From Candidatus Omnitrophota bacterium (lineage in GTDB: Bacteria; Omnitrophota; Gorgyraeia; Gygaellales; Profunditerraquicolaceae), in the NCBI GenBank assembly GCA_963805065.1, contig CAWDSS010000010.1, positions 211,696 through 275,695 of the forward strand: a DNA stretch of 64,000 nucleotides, in the 5' to 3' direction. Positions 35,011 to 44,325 of this stretch are shown here, piece by piece. Below the pieces are notes generated by a model. It did no database searches. It was not told the origin of the DNA and saw nothing but the letters and a program-made list of their open reading frames with translations. Made by a program: the position numbers and the translations under genes. Position 1 is the first letter of the stretch. Each line of letters opens with the position of its first letter.

Positions 35011-35388
35011 ATGAAGAAGCTATTCTGTTTGCTTGTTCTGGCGATTTTCGTTTGTGGATGCGCAGTATCAGAAAGTAGAATAAAGACTAATGAAAAAATA
35101 GCTCAACAACTCTGCATGGTGTATGCTAAAGCACTAAATTCATATAAGAAGAATAATCAACAGTTCCCTCATACTCTTCAACAGTTGAGTGACAAAGGCT
35201 ATCTTCTTGTCCATTCCGGACATAACTGGCTGATACTACATTCTAAGCCTGTACAAGGATATACTTATACTTATACTTATGTTGATAATAACCATTTTAT
35301 ATTAGAAGCTAAACCTGTGGTTAAAAGAGCAACAGGAAATGCTGAGTTCAAAATTAATGAAACCGGAGAACTAAAAGTTTCTTATTAG
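35011..35388 (+). CDS. lipoprotein
   Basis: Lipobox LAIFVCGC. RBS AGGAGGG. Confidence 0.55.
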   Translation: MKKLFCLLVLAIFVCGCAVSESRIKTNEKIAQQLCMVYAKALNSYKKNNQQFPHTLQQLSDKGYLLVHSGHNWLILHSKPVQGYTYTYTYVDNNHFILEAKPVVKRATGNAEFKINETGELKVSY

Positions 35389-35403
35389 CAGGGACAGCCC
35401 ATA

Positions 35404-37323
35404 TTACATAATCTGCGCTTCAAGCCTCTTTATCTCGCTATTGATTTCAGCGATTTCTTTGGTAATTTCTTTTAATCTGCGGCCGTAATTCCTGGCTGTT
35501 TCTTCATCACGAAAAATCTTCGGGTTAGATAAGGCGCGTGATTTTGCGTAACTTTCAAGTTCAAACTTTTCTTTCCTTTTTTCAAGCTTATTTATATCTT
35601 CTCGTAGTGACGCATTGTGGGATTTACGCTTCTTCTCTTCTTCTTTGTGTTTTTTCTCCTCTTCCTTTGCTTTTTGTTTAGCAATATCAACTTCTGATTT
35701 TATAATTTCTTGTTTGGGTTTATGCGCCGTAACTTCCTGGAAGGTATCCTTCTTTTCCAGATAGTAGTCAAATTCTCCGGGAAATTTACTGATTTTACCG
35801 TTCTTCACCTCAAAAACCACATTGGCAATAGAACGCACGAAATAAATATCGTGGCTGATAAATACAATCGTTCCCTCATAATTTGTAAGCGCTTTAACCA
35901 ATGCATCCACGGCATCCACATCCAAATGCGTAGTTGGCTCATCCAATAACAAACAATTAGGAGGATTAATCAAAAGCTTAGCCAGGATTAGCCTGCTCTT
36001 CTCTCCTCCTGAAAGCACTTTTACTTTTTTATCCGCATCGTCTCCCGTAAATAAAAATGCTCCCAGTATTGTCCTTAGGGTTTCCTCTGCCATATACCCA
36101 GGCGCGGCAGAATATGCCTCCTGCAACACTGTATTTTCGGGATTTAATACATCGGTGCGCGTCTGGGAGAAATAACCCGTCTGGACGTTATGCCCCACGA
36201 TGCGTTCGCCGCTATCAATATCAATTACTCCGGCTAAAATTTTTAAGAGGGTAGACTTACCCGCTCCGTTCTCTCCGGCTAAGACAGCTTTTTCTCCGGA
36301 TGCAATTTCAAAGTCAACGCCTTTGTATACCTGGATATCCTGATAGGATTTGGAAATCTGCAGAAGAGAAATCACTTTATAGCCGCTTCTTTGCGCCCGT
36401 GGAAAATGAAAATCCTTTATACTTTCCCGCGGATCAGGAGGGATAATAATTTCCTGCAATTTCTCCAGCTGTGTACGTTTGGCGCGCACAGATGCTGCTT
36501 TGTTTGGCTGCGCGTGGAACCTTGCCACAAAAGTCTCTAACTGCTGGCGTTTTTTCTCCTGCTCTTTAAACTGTTTTAACAGGTGCTTGCGTTTTTCTTC
36601 CTTTATCTGCTCATAATGCTTGAAATTTCCCCGCACCTTAAAAATTGAGCCGTTTTCAAGTACAAGAGTGTAATTAGTTACGTCATTTAAAAATGCTTTA
36701 TCGTGGGAAATCATAATAAAGGTACCGTGGAAACCGGCTAAATAATCTTTCAGCCAAAGCGCAGCATTCAAATCCAGGTAATTTGTAGGCTCATCTAAAA
36801 GCAACAAATCGTAATGATAGGTTAACAGTTTTGCCAGTAAAGTCCGCATCTGCCATCCGCCGCTCATTTGTACAATGGGACGGGAAAAATCCTTTTCTTT
36901 AAACCCTAAGCCCATTAAGATTTTCTTTGCTTTATGTTCCAGCTCAAAATATCCCAGAGATTCCAGGTTATGCAATATTTCTCCGTAACGTTTGGAGCCT
37001 GCGTTATTATTTTCTTCCAACTCTTCCTTATCTTTTAATAGCTGCATAATCTTTGCATCCCCTTCAGTCAATTCTGATAACACTGTGCGCTCGGATTGGA
37101 AACTTGCTTCCTGGGGAAGGTATCCGATACTTGTGTTTTTGTTTACCCGGATATCTCCTACAGAGGGTTCTATTTCTCCTAATATCAGCGAAAAAAGCGT
37201 GGTCTTTCCCGTGCCATTAGGCCCGATCAACCCGATTTTTTCTCCCTGATTGATATTAAGAGAGATATCCTCAAACAGGGTTTTCTTTCCGTAATTTTTC
37301 GATAGGTTATTTATGGTAATCAT
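35404..37323 (-). CDS. ABC-F family ATPase (two ABC domains, C-terminal coiled coil)
   Basis: Two Walker A motifs (GPNGTGKTT, GENGAGKST) and two signatures (MSGGWQMR, LSGGEKSR). No TM domain. Confidence 0.85.
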   Translation of the reverse strand: MITINNLSKNYGKKTLFEDISLNINQGEKIGLIGPNGTGKTTLFSLILGEIEPSVGDIRVNKNTSIGYLPQEASFQSERTVLSELTEGDAKIMQLLKDKEELEENNNAGSKRYGEILHNLESLGYFELEHKAKKILMGLGFKEKDFSRPIVQMSGGWQMRTLLAKLLTYHYDLLLLDEPTNYLDLNAALWLKDYLAGFHGTFIMISHDKAFLNDVTNYTLVLENGSIFKVRGNFKHYEQIKEEKRKHLLKQFKEQEKKRQQLETFVARFHAQPNKAASVRAKRTQLEKLQEIIIPPDPRESIKDFHFPRAQRSGYKVISLLQISKSYQDIQVYKGVDFEIASGEKAVLAGENGAGKSTLLKILAGVIDIDSGERIVGHNVQTGYFSQTRTDVLNPENTVLQEAYSAAPGYMAEETLRTILGAFLFTGDDADKKVKVLSGGEKSRLILAKLLINPPNCLLLDEPTTHLDVDAVDALVKALTNYEGTIVFISHDIYFVRSIANVVFEVKNGKISKFPGEFDYYLEKKDTFQEVTAHKPKQEIIKSEVDIAKQKAKEEEKKHKEEEKKRKSHNASLREDINKLEKRKEKFELESYAKSRALSNPKIFRDEETARNYGRRLKEITKEIAEINSEIKRLEAQIM

Positions 37324-37326
37324 AAA

Positions 37327-37926
37327 CTAAATAGAACGGCGAGATTCCAGTGCTTTAGAGATAGTGGTTGAGTCTGCGTATTCTAAATTAGAACCGAACG
37401 GCAGGCCTAAACCAATGCGGGTTAAGTTTACTCCCAATGGCTTGATAATCTTGGTAAGGTACAGCGCTGTGGTTTCACCTTCTGTATCTGCATCTGTTGC
37501 GATAATTACTTCTTTTATGTTATCCTGTTTTATGCGCTGCAAGAGGCTATCAATTTTTAAATCACTGGGGCCTCTACCTTCCAGGGGGGATATTGAGCCC
37601 ATCAATACGTGATATATCCCGTGGAAATTCCCTGTTTTTTCTACAGCTGCTACGTCACTGGGCTTTTCTACGATACAGACTATTTCGTGGTTACGCCGGC
37701 TATCCTGGCAGATATTGCAAAGTTCTTCTTCGCTTAAGTTATTGCAGACCTTACAGAATCTTACATTTTCTTTTACCTGGGCTATTGATTCGGATAAAGT
37801 TTTTATATCATTCTTAGGAGCTCCCAGGATATATGCCACAATGCGTTCGGCGCTACGCCTTCCTATACCAGGCACTTTGATTAAGCTCTCTATTAATTTT
37901 TCTATTGACTGGGTATAATTTGCCAT
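37327..37926 (-). CDS. recR: recombination protein RecR
   Basis: HhH PGIGRRSAERI, a C4 zinc finger CKVCNNLSEEELCNIC and a Toprim domain. Confidence 0.9.
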   Translation of the reverse strand: MANYTQSIEKLIESLIKVPGIGRRSAERIVAYILGAPKNDIKTLSESIAQVKENVRFCKVCNNLSEEELCNICQDSRRNHEIVCIVEKPSDVAAVEKTGNFHGIYHVLMGSISPLEGRGPSDLKIDSLLQRIKQDNIKEVIIATDADTEGETTALYLTKIIKPLGVNLTRIGLGLPFGSNLEYADSTTISKALESRRSI

Positions 37927-39467
37927 TATTCTTCCTTTATTATCCTCCCATTAAACATTTCTAAAGCAGATTTGATAACCGGATTGTTTTTATTGTCTTC
38001 CCGCTGCTTCCCTTGCGCAGAAAGTATGAAATTTACCCTTACCGAGGCATTAAGCATCCCGGATAAACATTTTTCAATCAGGGCCTTATTTTCCCTGCCC
38101 TCCAAAGATTCTTTGTGCAAGGAATAATTTTTGGGGAAAGATACTGTAAGGACATTGCCCTGCATTTTTATGGGCTCGCCCTCATTAAGATAGGTGGCTA
38201 CTGACATTTTGATACGGCTGAGGTTCTCTATGAGATGCTTCCATGAACTACTTACGCTATCCAAAGACACATCTTTATCATCTTTCTTTGTATCTACGTC
38301 TTCTTCTTTCTTAACTTCAGCGGGGACTACTTTTTCCTTCGGTGGTATATATTTTTGCTCAGCAGTATGCGCTGCCCGTTTATCATGGGCTAATTTCACC
38401 AGATTTATCTCTAAAGGTATGCGTTGCGACTCAAGCCTCCTGGACATCTCCTGGGTTACTGCCAGCGTATTAAATGCGTTGAATATTTCCTCCAAAGTAA
38501 ATGCCTCGCTTTGGGATAATATCCTCACGCACAAATCATCCGGCAAATCAATTATTTTAGAGTCGCCTTTCGTAACCTTGGCAATCATCAGGTTACGAAA
38601 ATGCTCTATGAGGTTTGACAATAATACGCCTGTGTCTTTTCCCTGGTCCATCAATTCATTAAGCAATGTTAATACCCCGCGGGCATCTTTTTGTATGATT
38701 CTATCGGTCATCAACAATAACGACTCCTGCTCAACCAGGCCCAATACGGAAATTACATCTTTTAATGATACCTTACCTTTTGAAAAAGATACCAGCTGAT
38801 CTAATATTGACTCGGCATCCCTTAGGGAACCATCGCTGCTCCTGGCAATTGCATAGAGCACTTCTTTATCTACTTCTATATTCTCATCCCTGATAATACG
38901 CTCCAGTTGCGCAATTATTTCCATTGCCGGTATGCGGCGGAAATCAAGGCGCTGGCACCTGGAAAGGATAGTAGATATAACCTTATGAGGCTGAGTAGTG
39001 GCAAAGATAAATTTTACAAACTCAGGAGGCTCTTCTAAGGTCTTAAGCAGCGCATTGAATGCTTCTGTAGTAAGCATGTGCACTTCATCAATTATATAAA
39101 TCTTGAATTTTCCCTGCACAGGAGCGAATTTTACATTCTCACGAAGCGTCCTTATCTCGTCTATCCCGCGGTTTGAGGCGCCGTCAATTTCAATGACGTC
39201 AAGTGAGCGCCCCTGGCTTATTTCCATGCAGGAAGAACACTTCTGGCAGGGTTTTACGGTAGGGCTGTCTTTGCAGTTTAATGCCTTAGCTAAAATCCGG
39301 GCAGTGGAAGTCTTGCCTACGCCTCTTGGCCCGGCAAATAAATACGCGTGCGCTAATCTATTTTTTTGAATGGCGTTCTTAAGGGTGGCAACTATGTGGT
39401 CCTGGCCTATAATCTCATCAAAATCCTTAGGCCGCCATTTTAAAGCAAAAACAGTGTAGGAAGGCAT
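37926..39467 (-). CDS. dnaX: DNA polymerase III subunit gamma/tau
   Basis: GPRGVGKTS Walker A, zinc module CQKCSSC, DEVHML and SRCQRLDF. Confidence 0.9.
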   Translation of the reverse strand: MPSYTVFALKWRPKDFDEIIGQDHIVATLKNAIQKNRLAHAYLFAGPRGVGKTSTARILAKALNCKDSPTVKPCQKCSSCMEISQGRSLDVIEIDGASNRGIDEIRTLRENVKFAPVQGKFKIYIIDEVHMLTTEAFNALLKTLEEPPEFVKFIFATTQPHKVISTILSRCQRLDFRRIPAMEIIAQLERIIRDENIEVDKEVLYAIARSSDGSLRDAESILDQLVSFSKGKVSLKDVISVLGLVEQESLLLMTDRIIQKDARGVLTLLNELMDQGKDTGVLLSNLIEHFRNLMIAKVTKGDSKIIDLPDDLCVRILSQSEAFTLEEIFNAFNTLAVTQEMSRRLESQRIPLEINLVKLAHDKRAAHTAEQKYIPPKEKVVPAEVKKEEDVDTKKDDKDVSLDSVSSSWKHLIENLSRIKMSVATYLNEGEPIKMQGNVLTVSFPKNYSLHKESLEGRENKALIEKCLSGMLNASVRVNFILSAQGKQREDNKNNPVIKSALEMFNGRIIKEE

Positions 39468-40823
39468 TTATCTTTTCTCGTGAAGCAACTCTGCCCTGTT
39501 TAATCCCAGCTCTGCAAGCACCTTGGAAGAATCCTCAGAATAGCTGCGGCAGAAATTCTTGACATCCTTAAAATCAACTATATTCTTTTCTACAAGTTTA
39601 TTAAGCACGTGCGTGCGGACTTTCACTTCATCCAGAATTTCCTTTGGTGATTTTCCGCTGACCTGGGCAAGCCTGTCCCGGTAGACGCTGCCTACGGCTG
39701 ATTCAATAAATTTAGAACTGGAAAAATCATAAGACCGCAGCGAAGACAGCAATACCATTTTTTCCTCCATGCCTGCGGTTTCTACCAGTTCTCCTACCAC
39801 GCGGTGAATCCTTTTGTCCTGATTAAACCGGCGCATAATTACTATTACGTCTACTAAATTTACCAGGACCTCCGGGACATTCATCGGCTCATTCTGAAGG
39901 CGCAGTATCATCTCTCTGGGAGTAGAGGCATGTAAAGTACCGATACAATATTTACCGATATTCATTGCCGTCATTAAATCCTGAGCTTCTCTACCCCTTA
40001 CTTCCCCTACGATTACCCTGTCAGGGCGCATGCGCAAAGAATTTTTTACCAGGTCTGCCAAAGTAACTTCTTCACCGCTCTCAAGCCGCGAACAATTGTC
40101 TTCAAAATCAGTATTTAATTCCAATGTGTCTTCAATGACTACAATTCGTTCGTTGGGGGGAATGAAATTTAACAAGGCGTTCAACAAAGTTGTTTTGCCC
40201 GTGCCAGGGCCGCCGGCAATGAGAATGTTTGCGGGTTTAATGCGCAGACCCTCCACGTAAAGCCAAAATTGGGCTGCTACCTCGGCATTAAGGGTTCCGT
40301 TGTTAACAAGCTCTGTCATGCTCAATGGTCTTTCTTTCGCCCTGGTTATAGTTATCTGAGGGCCAAACGGAGAATATACTATGTTAGCCCTGCCCTTAAT
40401 ATTAGAAAGCTCAACATTATTTATCGGCTTTAGAGTCTCCCTGCCTGAAAAAATTATCAATTTTCTAATAAACAAATCTATCTCTTCTTTGCTGGAAAAC
40501 CGCTTGTCCGTCATTGTCATCCCGGTTTTTGTTTTATGGATATAGATTGGAGAAAGGTAGTTTATCATGATATCTTCTACATCCGGGTCAGCCAGGAACT
40601 CTTCAATGAGGCCGTAAGACATGAATTCGTTAAAAAAGATTTCTAATTCCAGGCCCTTGGTTTTCTTGATAAACCGCTGGCATTGGGCGGATTTGTATAT
40701 TTCCATAAATGTCTGAAATATTGCATCACGCTTCTCCGTGGGCTCCTGCAACAAAGAAATCTTACCCGGTAGCTTGTCCAAAATATTATTTTCAATATCA
40801 ATTCTTTCTTTATCCATATTCAT
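39468..40823 (-). CDS. type II/IV secretion-family hexameric ATPase, archaeal FlaI/ArlI-like in its C-terminal region
   Basis: GGPGTGKTTLLNAL, IVVIEDTLEL, RMRPDRVIVGEVRG, GTLHA. The C-terminal helical extension is of the type seen in FlaI. Confidence 0.7.
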   Translation of the reverse strand: MNMDKERIDIENNILDKLPGKISLLQEPTEKRDAIFQTFMEIYKSAQCQRFIKKTKGLELEIFFNEFMSYGLIEEFLADPDVEDIMINYLSPIYIHKTKTGMTMTDKRFSSKEEIDLFIRKLIIFSGRETLKPINNVELSNIKGRANIVYSPFGPQITITRAKERPLSMTELVNNGTLNAEVAAQFWLYVEGLRIKPANILIAGGPGTGKTTLLNALLNFIPPNERIVVIEDTLELNTDFEDNCSRLESGEEVTLADLVKNSLRMRPDRVIVGEVRGREAQDLMTAMNIGKYCIGTLHASTPREMILRLQNEPMNVPEVLVNLVDVIVIMRRFNQDKRIHRVVGELVETAGMEEKMVLLSSLRSYDFSSSKFIESAVGSVYRDRLAQVSGKSPKEILDEVKVRTHVLNKLVEKNIVDFKDVKNFCRSYSEDSSKVLAELGLNRAELLHEKR

Positions 40824-40847
40824 TTCCCCTTTGGCAATGATAAAAGA

Positions 40848-42086
40848 CTATTTATTTTGCTCAAAATCCTTGTTCTCGTAGCCTGCCTGTTCCTTAAGCC
40901 TGTGGTAAAAGCTGGGAACTGTCCCGGTATACTTTAACCTTCCTTCTTCAAGTACAAAGATGTCCTGCAGCTGATAATCTTTGGTCTTTAATACCTCGCT
41001 GATGCGGGTAATTTTTCTGGCACCATCGGGAAACCTGGTCATATCAATTACAAGCTGCACTGCGCTGATAATTTGCCTCTTGGCTACCTCACTGGATATA
41101 TTAGCGCTACCCATAAGAGCTAATACCTCCAAGCGATCGAGCGCCTCCAGGACAGAATTTGCATGCAGCGTAGTCATAGACCCTTCATGGCCTACGTTCA
41201 TCGCCTGGATCATATCCAATACTTCATCGCCCCTGACTTCGCCTACAATAATGCGGTCGGGACGCATATGTAGCGCATTGCGCAGTAAATCTCTGATAGT
41301 AATCTCTCCCTTACCTTCGATATTATGCTCACGCGTCTCCAGGGGGACAACGTGGTCATTAGAGATCCTTAACTCCAGGGTATCTTCAATAGTTATAATC
41401 CTTTCATTTTTGGGTATAAATGAACCTAAAATATTCAAGAGTGATGATTTTCCGGCGCTGGTACTGCCGCAGACTAATATGTTAAGCCTGGCCATTACGC
41501 AAGCCTTCAAAAACTCTGCCACTTCGTTAGTAATGCTGCCTAACTTAATAAAGTCATCTACAGTTAATACGCGGTGAGAAAACTTTCTAATAGTTAAAAT
41601 GGGGCCGATGGATGACACGGGAGATTTCACTACATTGACCCGCGAGCCGTCTTTAAGCCGGGCGTCAACAAAAGGCTCATAGGTTGTAACGCGCCTGCCC
41701 AAAGGAGAAAGGATCTTTTCTATAAAATAAAAAAGGTGCTGCTCGTCCCTGAAGGTTATATTCGTAAGTTCCAGGTGCCCTTGTTTTTCTATGTAAACCT
41801 GTTTTGGGCCATTTACCATGATTTCTGTAACATCCTGATCCCTTAATACGTTTTCTATGGGGCCTAGCCCCAAAAGAAATGAAATTATATCGCTTAAAAC
41901 TTCTTCCTGCTGTTCACGGTTAAGAGAAATATCTTTGTTTTCCCGCAGAATAGATTTGAATATTGCATCCAGTTTGTGGCGGAATTGAAACTCCGAAATC
42001 TGGGCATAATCGATGTTTAATTCTCTGCACTTATCGATTAATTGGCCAAAGATTGTGTTTGTTATTTCGTTTAAATTATTTTCCAT
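40848..42086 (-). CDS. CpaF/TadA-like type IV secretion-family ATPase
   Basis: GSTSAGKSSLLNIL, IITIEDTLEL, HMRPDRIIVGEVRG, TTLHA. The ORF extends to 42137, but the Met at 42086 is the preferred start. Confidence 0.7.
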   Translation of the reverse strand: MENNLNEITNTIFGQLIDKCRELNIDYAQISEFQFRHKLDAIFKSILRENKDISLNREQQEEVLSDIISFLLGLGPIENVLRDQDVTEIMVNGPKQVYIEKQGHLELTNITFRDEQHLFYFIEKILSPLGRRVTTYEPFVDARLKDGSRVNVVKSPVSSIGPILTIRKFSHRVLTVDDFIKLGSITNEVAEFLKACVMARLNILVCGSTSAGKSSLLNILGSFIPKNERIITIEDTLELRISNDHVVPLETREHNIEGKGEITIRDLLRNALHMRPDRIIVGEVRGDEVLDMIQAMNVGHEGSMTTLHANSVLEALDRLEVLALMGSANISSEVAKRQIISAVQLVIDMTRFPDGARKITRISEVLKTKDYQLQDIFVLEEGRLKYTGTVPSFYHRLKEQAGYENKDFEQNK

Positions 42087-42212
42087 AACTGTTAAGATAC
42101 CAAAATAGATTGTTTTGTGGCAAAGATCCCAAATCACATTGATTTGGGGCGATAGGCACTGGAATAATGTATTCCAGTGCCGTAGTCTTTTTTCATTAAT
42201 GAAAAAAGACTA

Positions 42213-42303
42213 CGGAGAGGCTGGGATTTGAACCCAGGGACCCAGTTTTGACCAGGTCAACTCATTAGCAGTGAGTTGCTTTCAACCGCTCAGCCACCTC
42301 TCC
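42213..42303 (-). tRNA. tRNA-Ser(GCU)
   Basis: Reverse strand GGAGAGGTGGCTGAGCGG...ACTCA CTGCTAA TGAGT, long variable arm, GGTTCAAATCC T-loop. No encoded CCA. Two hairpins follow downstream (42150-42212). Confidence 0.85.
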
Positions 42304-42453
42304 AAAAAATTTTACATTAAAATTTTTTGGATTCTGTAGGCAATGCTTAGATTAATCTAAGCATTGCCGCAAGAATCTTCAAAGCTATAATAATTTCTTC
42401 CGCTTCTTCTTTCCCGCCAGACTATTCAATAGCAGGCGGGATCCCGCACGGTA

Positions 42454-42909
42454 TCAAAAACGCTTGCGGGAGAAGAATTCTTTCAGCAAAGACGCACACT
42501 CTTGTTCCAAGATCCCTTTGGTTATTCTTATACGGTGATTTAATTTTTTATGATTAGCAATGTTAAATACTGAACCACAAGCGCCTGTCTTGGGGTCTTT
42601 TGCCCCGAAGTACAAGCTTTTGATGCGCGCAAGCACTAATGCGCCGGCGCACATGCTACACGGTTCAATTGTAACATACATAGATGCATCGTTCAACCAC
42701 TTTGTATTTAAATAGTTTACAGCAGAGGTTATGGCGATTATTTCGGCGTGGGCAGTAGGGTCCTTAAGGCTTTCAATTTGATTATGCCCGCGGGCGATTA
42801 TTTTATCCTTATAAACCACCACGGCCCCTACGGGGACTTCGTCTTTTTCAAAGGCCTTCCTTGCCTCTTTTAATGCCTCCTGCATATATAAAATGTGTTT
42901 CTGTGTCAT
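42454..42909 (-). CDS. tadA: tRNA adenosine(34) deaminase
   Basis: HAEIIAI and PCSMCAGAL zinc-binding motifs; 151 aa. Confidence 0.85.
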   Translation of the reverse strand: MTQKHILYMQEALKEARKAFEKDEVPVGAVVVYKDKIIARGHNQIESLKDPTAHAEIIAITSAVNYLNTKWLNDASMYVTIEPCSMCAGALVLARIKSLYFGAKDPKTGACGSVFNIANHKKLNHRIRITKGILEQECASLLKEFFSRKRF

Positions 42910-42922
42910 AATTTAAATTAAA

Positions 42923-42996
42923 TGCGCCCAGCAGGAATCGAACCTGCAACAACCAGCTCCGTAGGCTGATGCTCTATCCAATTGAGCTATGGGCGC
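42923..42996 (-). tRNA. tRNA-Arg(ACG)
   Basis: Reverse strand GCGCCCA TA GCTC AATTGGATA GAGC A TCAGC CTACGGA GCTGG TTGTT GCAGG TTCGATT CCTGC TGGGCGC A; 74 nt. Confidence 0.9.
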
Positions 42997-43003
42997 AATA
43001 AGA

Positions 43004-43291
43004 TTACAGGGACCTGATGATATCGAAAAATAGCTTCAAATCAATAAGGGATAATACGATTATAGCGGGGCCTAATACAACATTGTTCCTCATTGCCCAA
43101 TTATCAAACCAATCTATGCTTCTTTCAATGGGAGAAAGGATAGGCGTAGAAAAAACATAGAAATTCAGCGCGTCGTGTATCTTGATGTAGGCATCTATGG
43201 AGAATGTAAAAACGACGGCGATAAAACAAATGGCTCCGTAAATACAGAAAGCGATTAAGCTAAATAATACTTCAAAGATATCAATTCCCAC
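43004..43291 (-). CDS. small three-TM membrane protein
   Basis: 95-aa hydrophobic ORF. Confidence 0.4.
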   Translation of the reverse strand: MGIDIFEVLFSLIAFCIYGAICFIAVVFTFSIDAYIKIHDALNFYVFSTPILSPIERSIDWFDNWAMRNNVVLGPAIIVLSLIDLKLFFDIIRSL

Positions 43292-43374
43292 AGTCCACCT
43301 CCTTATTCTTTAGAAAAATAATAGCATATTATACAGATTCTGTCTACGATTAACATAAGCTTATTTCTTATTTA

Positions 43375-44325
43375 TCACTCCAGACTCTGATAATACCTGT
43401 ATGTAAGCAATGCAATATCCGCTATAAACTCTTTTGCAGGCTTAGCGTACCTATCACCGTGTTTGACTAAGACGCAAATTATAAAATCACCTTTTTCGGT
43501 ATATACAATACCTACATCATGGCAAATATGGTTTTCCAGTCCTGTTTTATGCGCAATGGGGATATCCTTAGGAAGCTTTTTCGGGATGCGGTCATTGATT
43601 TTCTGCTGCATAAGTAAATCTAAACACTTGTTTGATACTTCCTTATTCACGAAACTGCCGCGATAAAGTATTTCTAACAAATAGGCCATGTCCTGGGCAG
43701 TTGTGTAATTTTCCACTCCCTGCCCTCGTAGGTTAAAATCCAGCATTTTGCGGGAAAGACTTGTATTCTTTAAGCCAATTTTTTTAAAGTATTCGTTAAG
43801 CGAATCATAGCCTAATAAATCTATAAGCGTGTTAGTAGCTACGTTATCGCTGTAAGTAATCATGGGGTTAAGTAATTCTTCCACCGAAGAGATAGAGCCG
43901 TTAGGGGTATCACCTGCAACTGTTTTTTCAGGGTATGTTAAATCCAGCGCATCACTTAACCTAAGCTTTCCCTCCTGATCCGCATAATAGAAAGAAAGCA
44001 GAATAGGAAGTTTGACGAGGCTTGCCGCTGGTATAGGCTTGTCTTTATTAAAAGCAATCTCCCAATCCATGTCCAAGTCTTTAATGACGATGCTGGCATT
44101 ACCCCTAAAATTCATGACTTTATTTACCAATACCCTGCTAAGATTTGCCCAATTGTCTTTTCTTTTTTGCAGTGAAACAACCCGGCTGTTTATTTCTTCA
44201 TTTATGTAAACCCTATAGGCAAAGAATCCAAATAATGGAAGCAAAATTACTAAAATAGCTACAAATAAAATATTTATCCTTTTAGAAGACATCGCCCTGC
44301 CCAATTTAACTATTCCCTCCTTCAA
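43375..44325 (-). CDS. class A beta-lactamase-fold serine hydrolase, membrane-anchored
   Basis: SxxK (ASLVK), SDN (YSDNV) and KTG (HKTG) motifs. N-terminal TM anchor. Overlaps the upstream gene by 20 nt. Confidence 0.65.
   Translation of the reverse strand: MKEGIVKLGRAMSSKRINILFVAILVILLPLFGFFAYRVYINEEINSRVVSLQKRKDNWANLSRVLVNKVMNFRGNASIVIKDLDMDWEIAFNKDKPIPAASLVKLPILLSFYYADQEGKLRLSDALDLTYPEKTVAGDTPNGSISSVEELLNPMITYSDNVATNTLIDLLGYDSLNEYFKKIGLKNTSLSRKMLDFNLRGQGVENYTTAQDMAYLLEILYRGSFVNKEVSNKCLDLLMQQKINDRIPKKLPKDIPIAHKTGLENHICHDVGIVYTEKGDFIICVLVKHGDRYAKPAKEFIADIALLTYRYYQSLE

Noticed and set aside
38325-38340. Programmed -1 frameshift site in dnaX, as for E. coli gamma subunit production
   Set aside because: This part of the tau-specific region has only a run of five A (GGAAAAAGT on the coding strand), not an A AAA AAG heptamer in the right frame. 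The A-rich heptamer near 39365 lies in the N-terminal ATPase domain and would not give a functional gamma.
38194-38799. Long antisense ORFs such as 38194..38799 (201 aa), 40981..41577 (198 aa), 19186..19596, 5077..5397 and many 60-115-aa ORFs in the track
   Set aside because: They lie entirely within, and opposite to, well-supported genes, have low-complexity Ser/Leu/Phe-rich translations and no RBS. They are shadow ORFs typical of AT-rich genomes.
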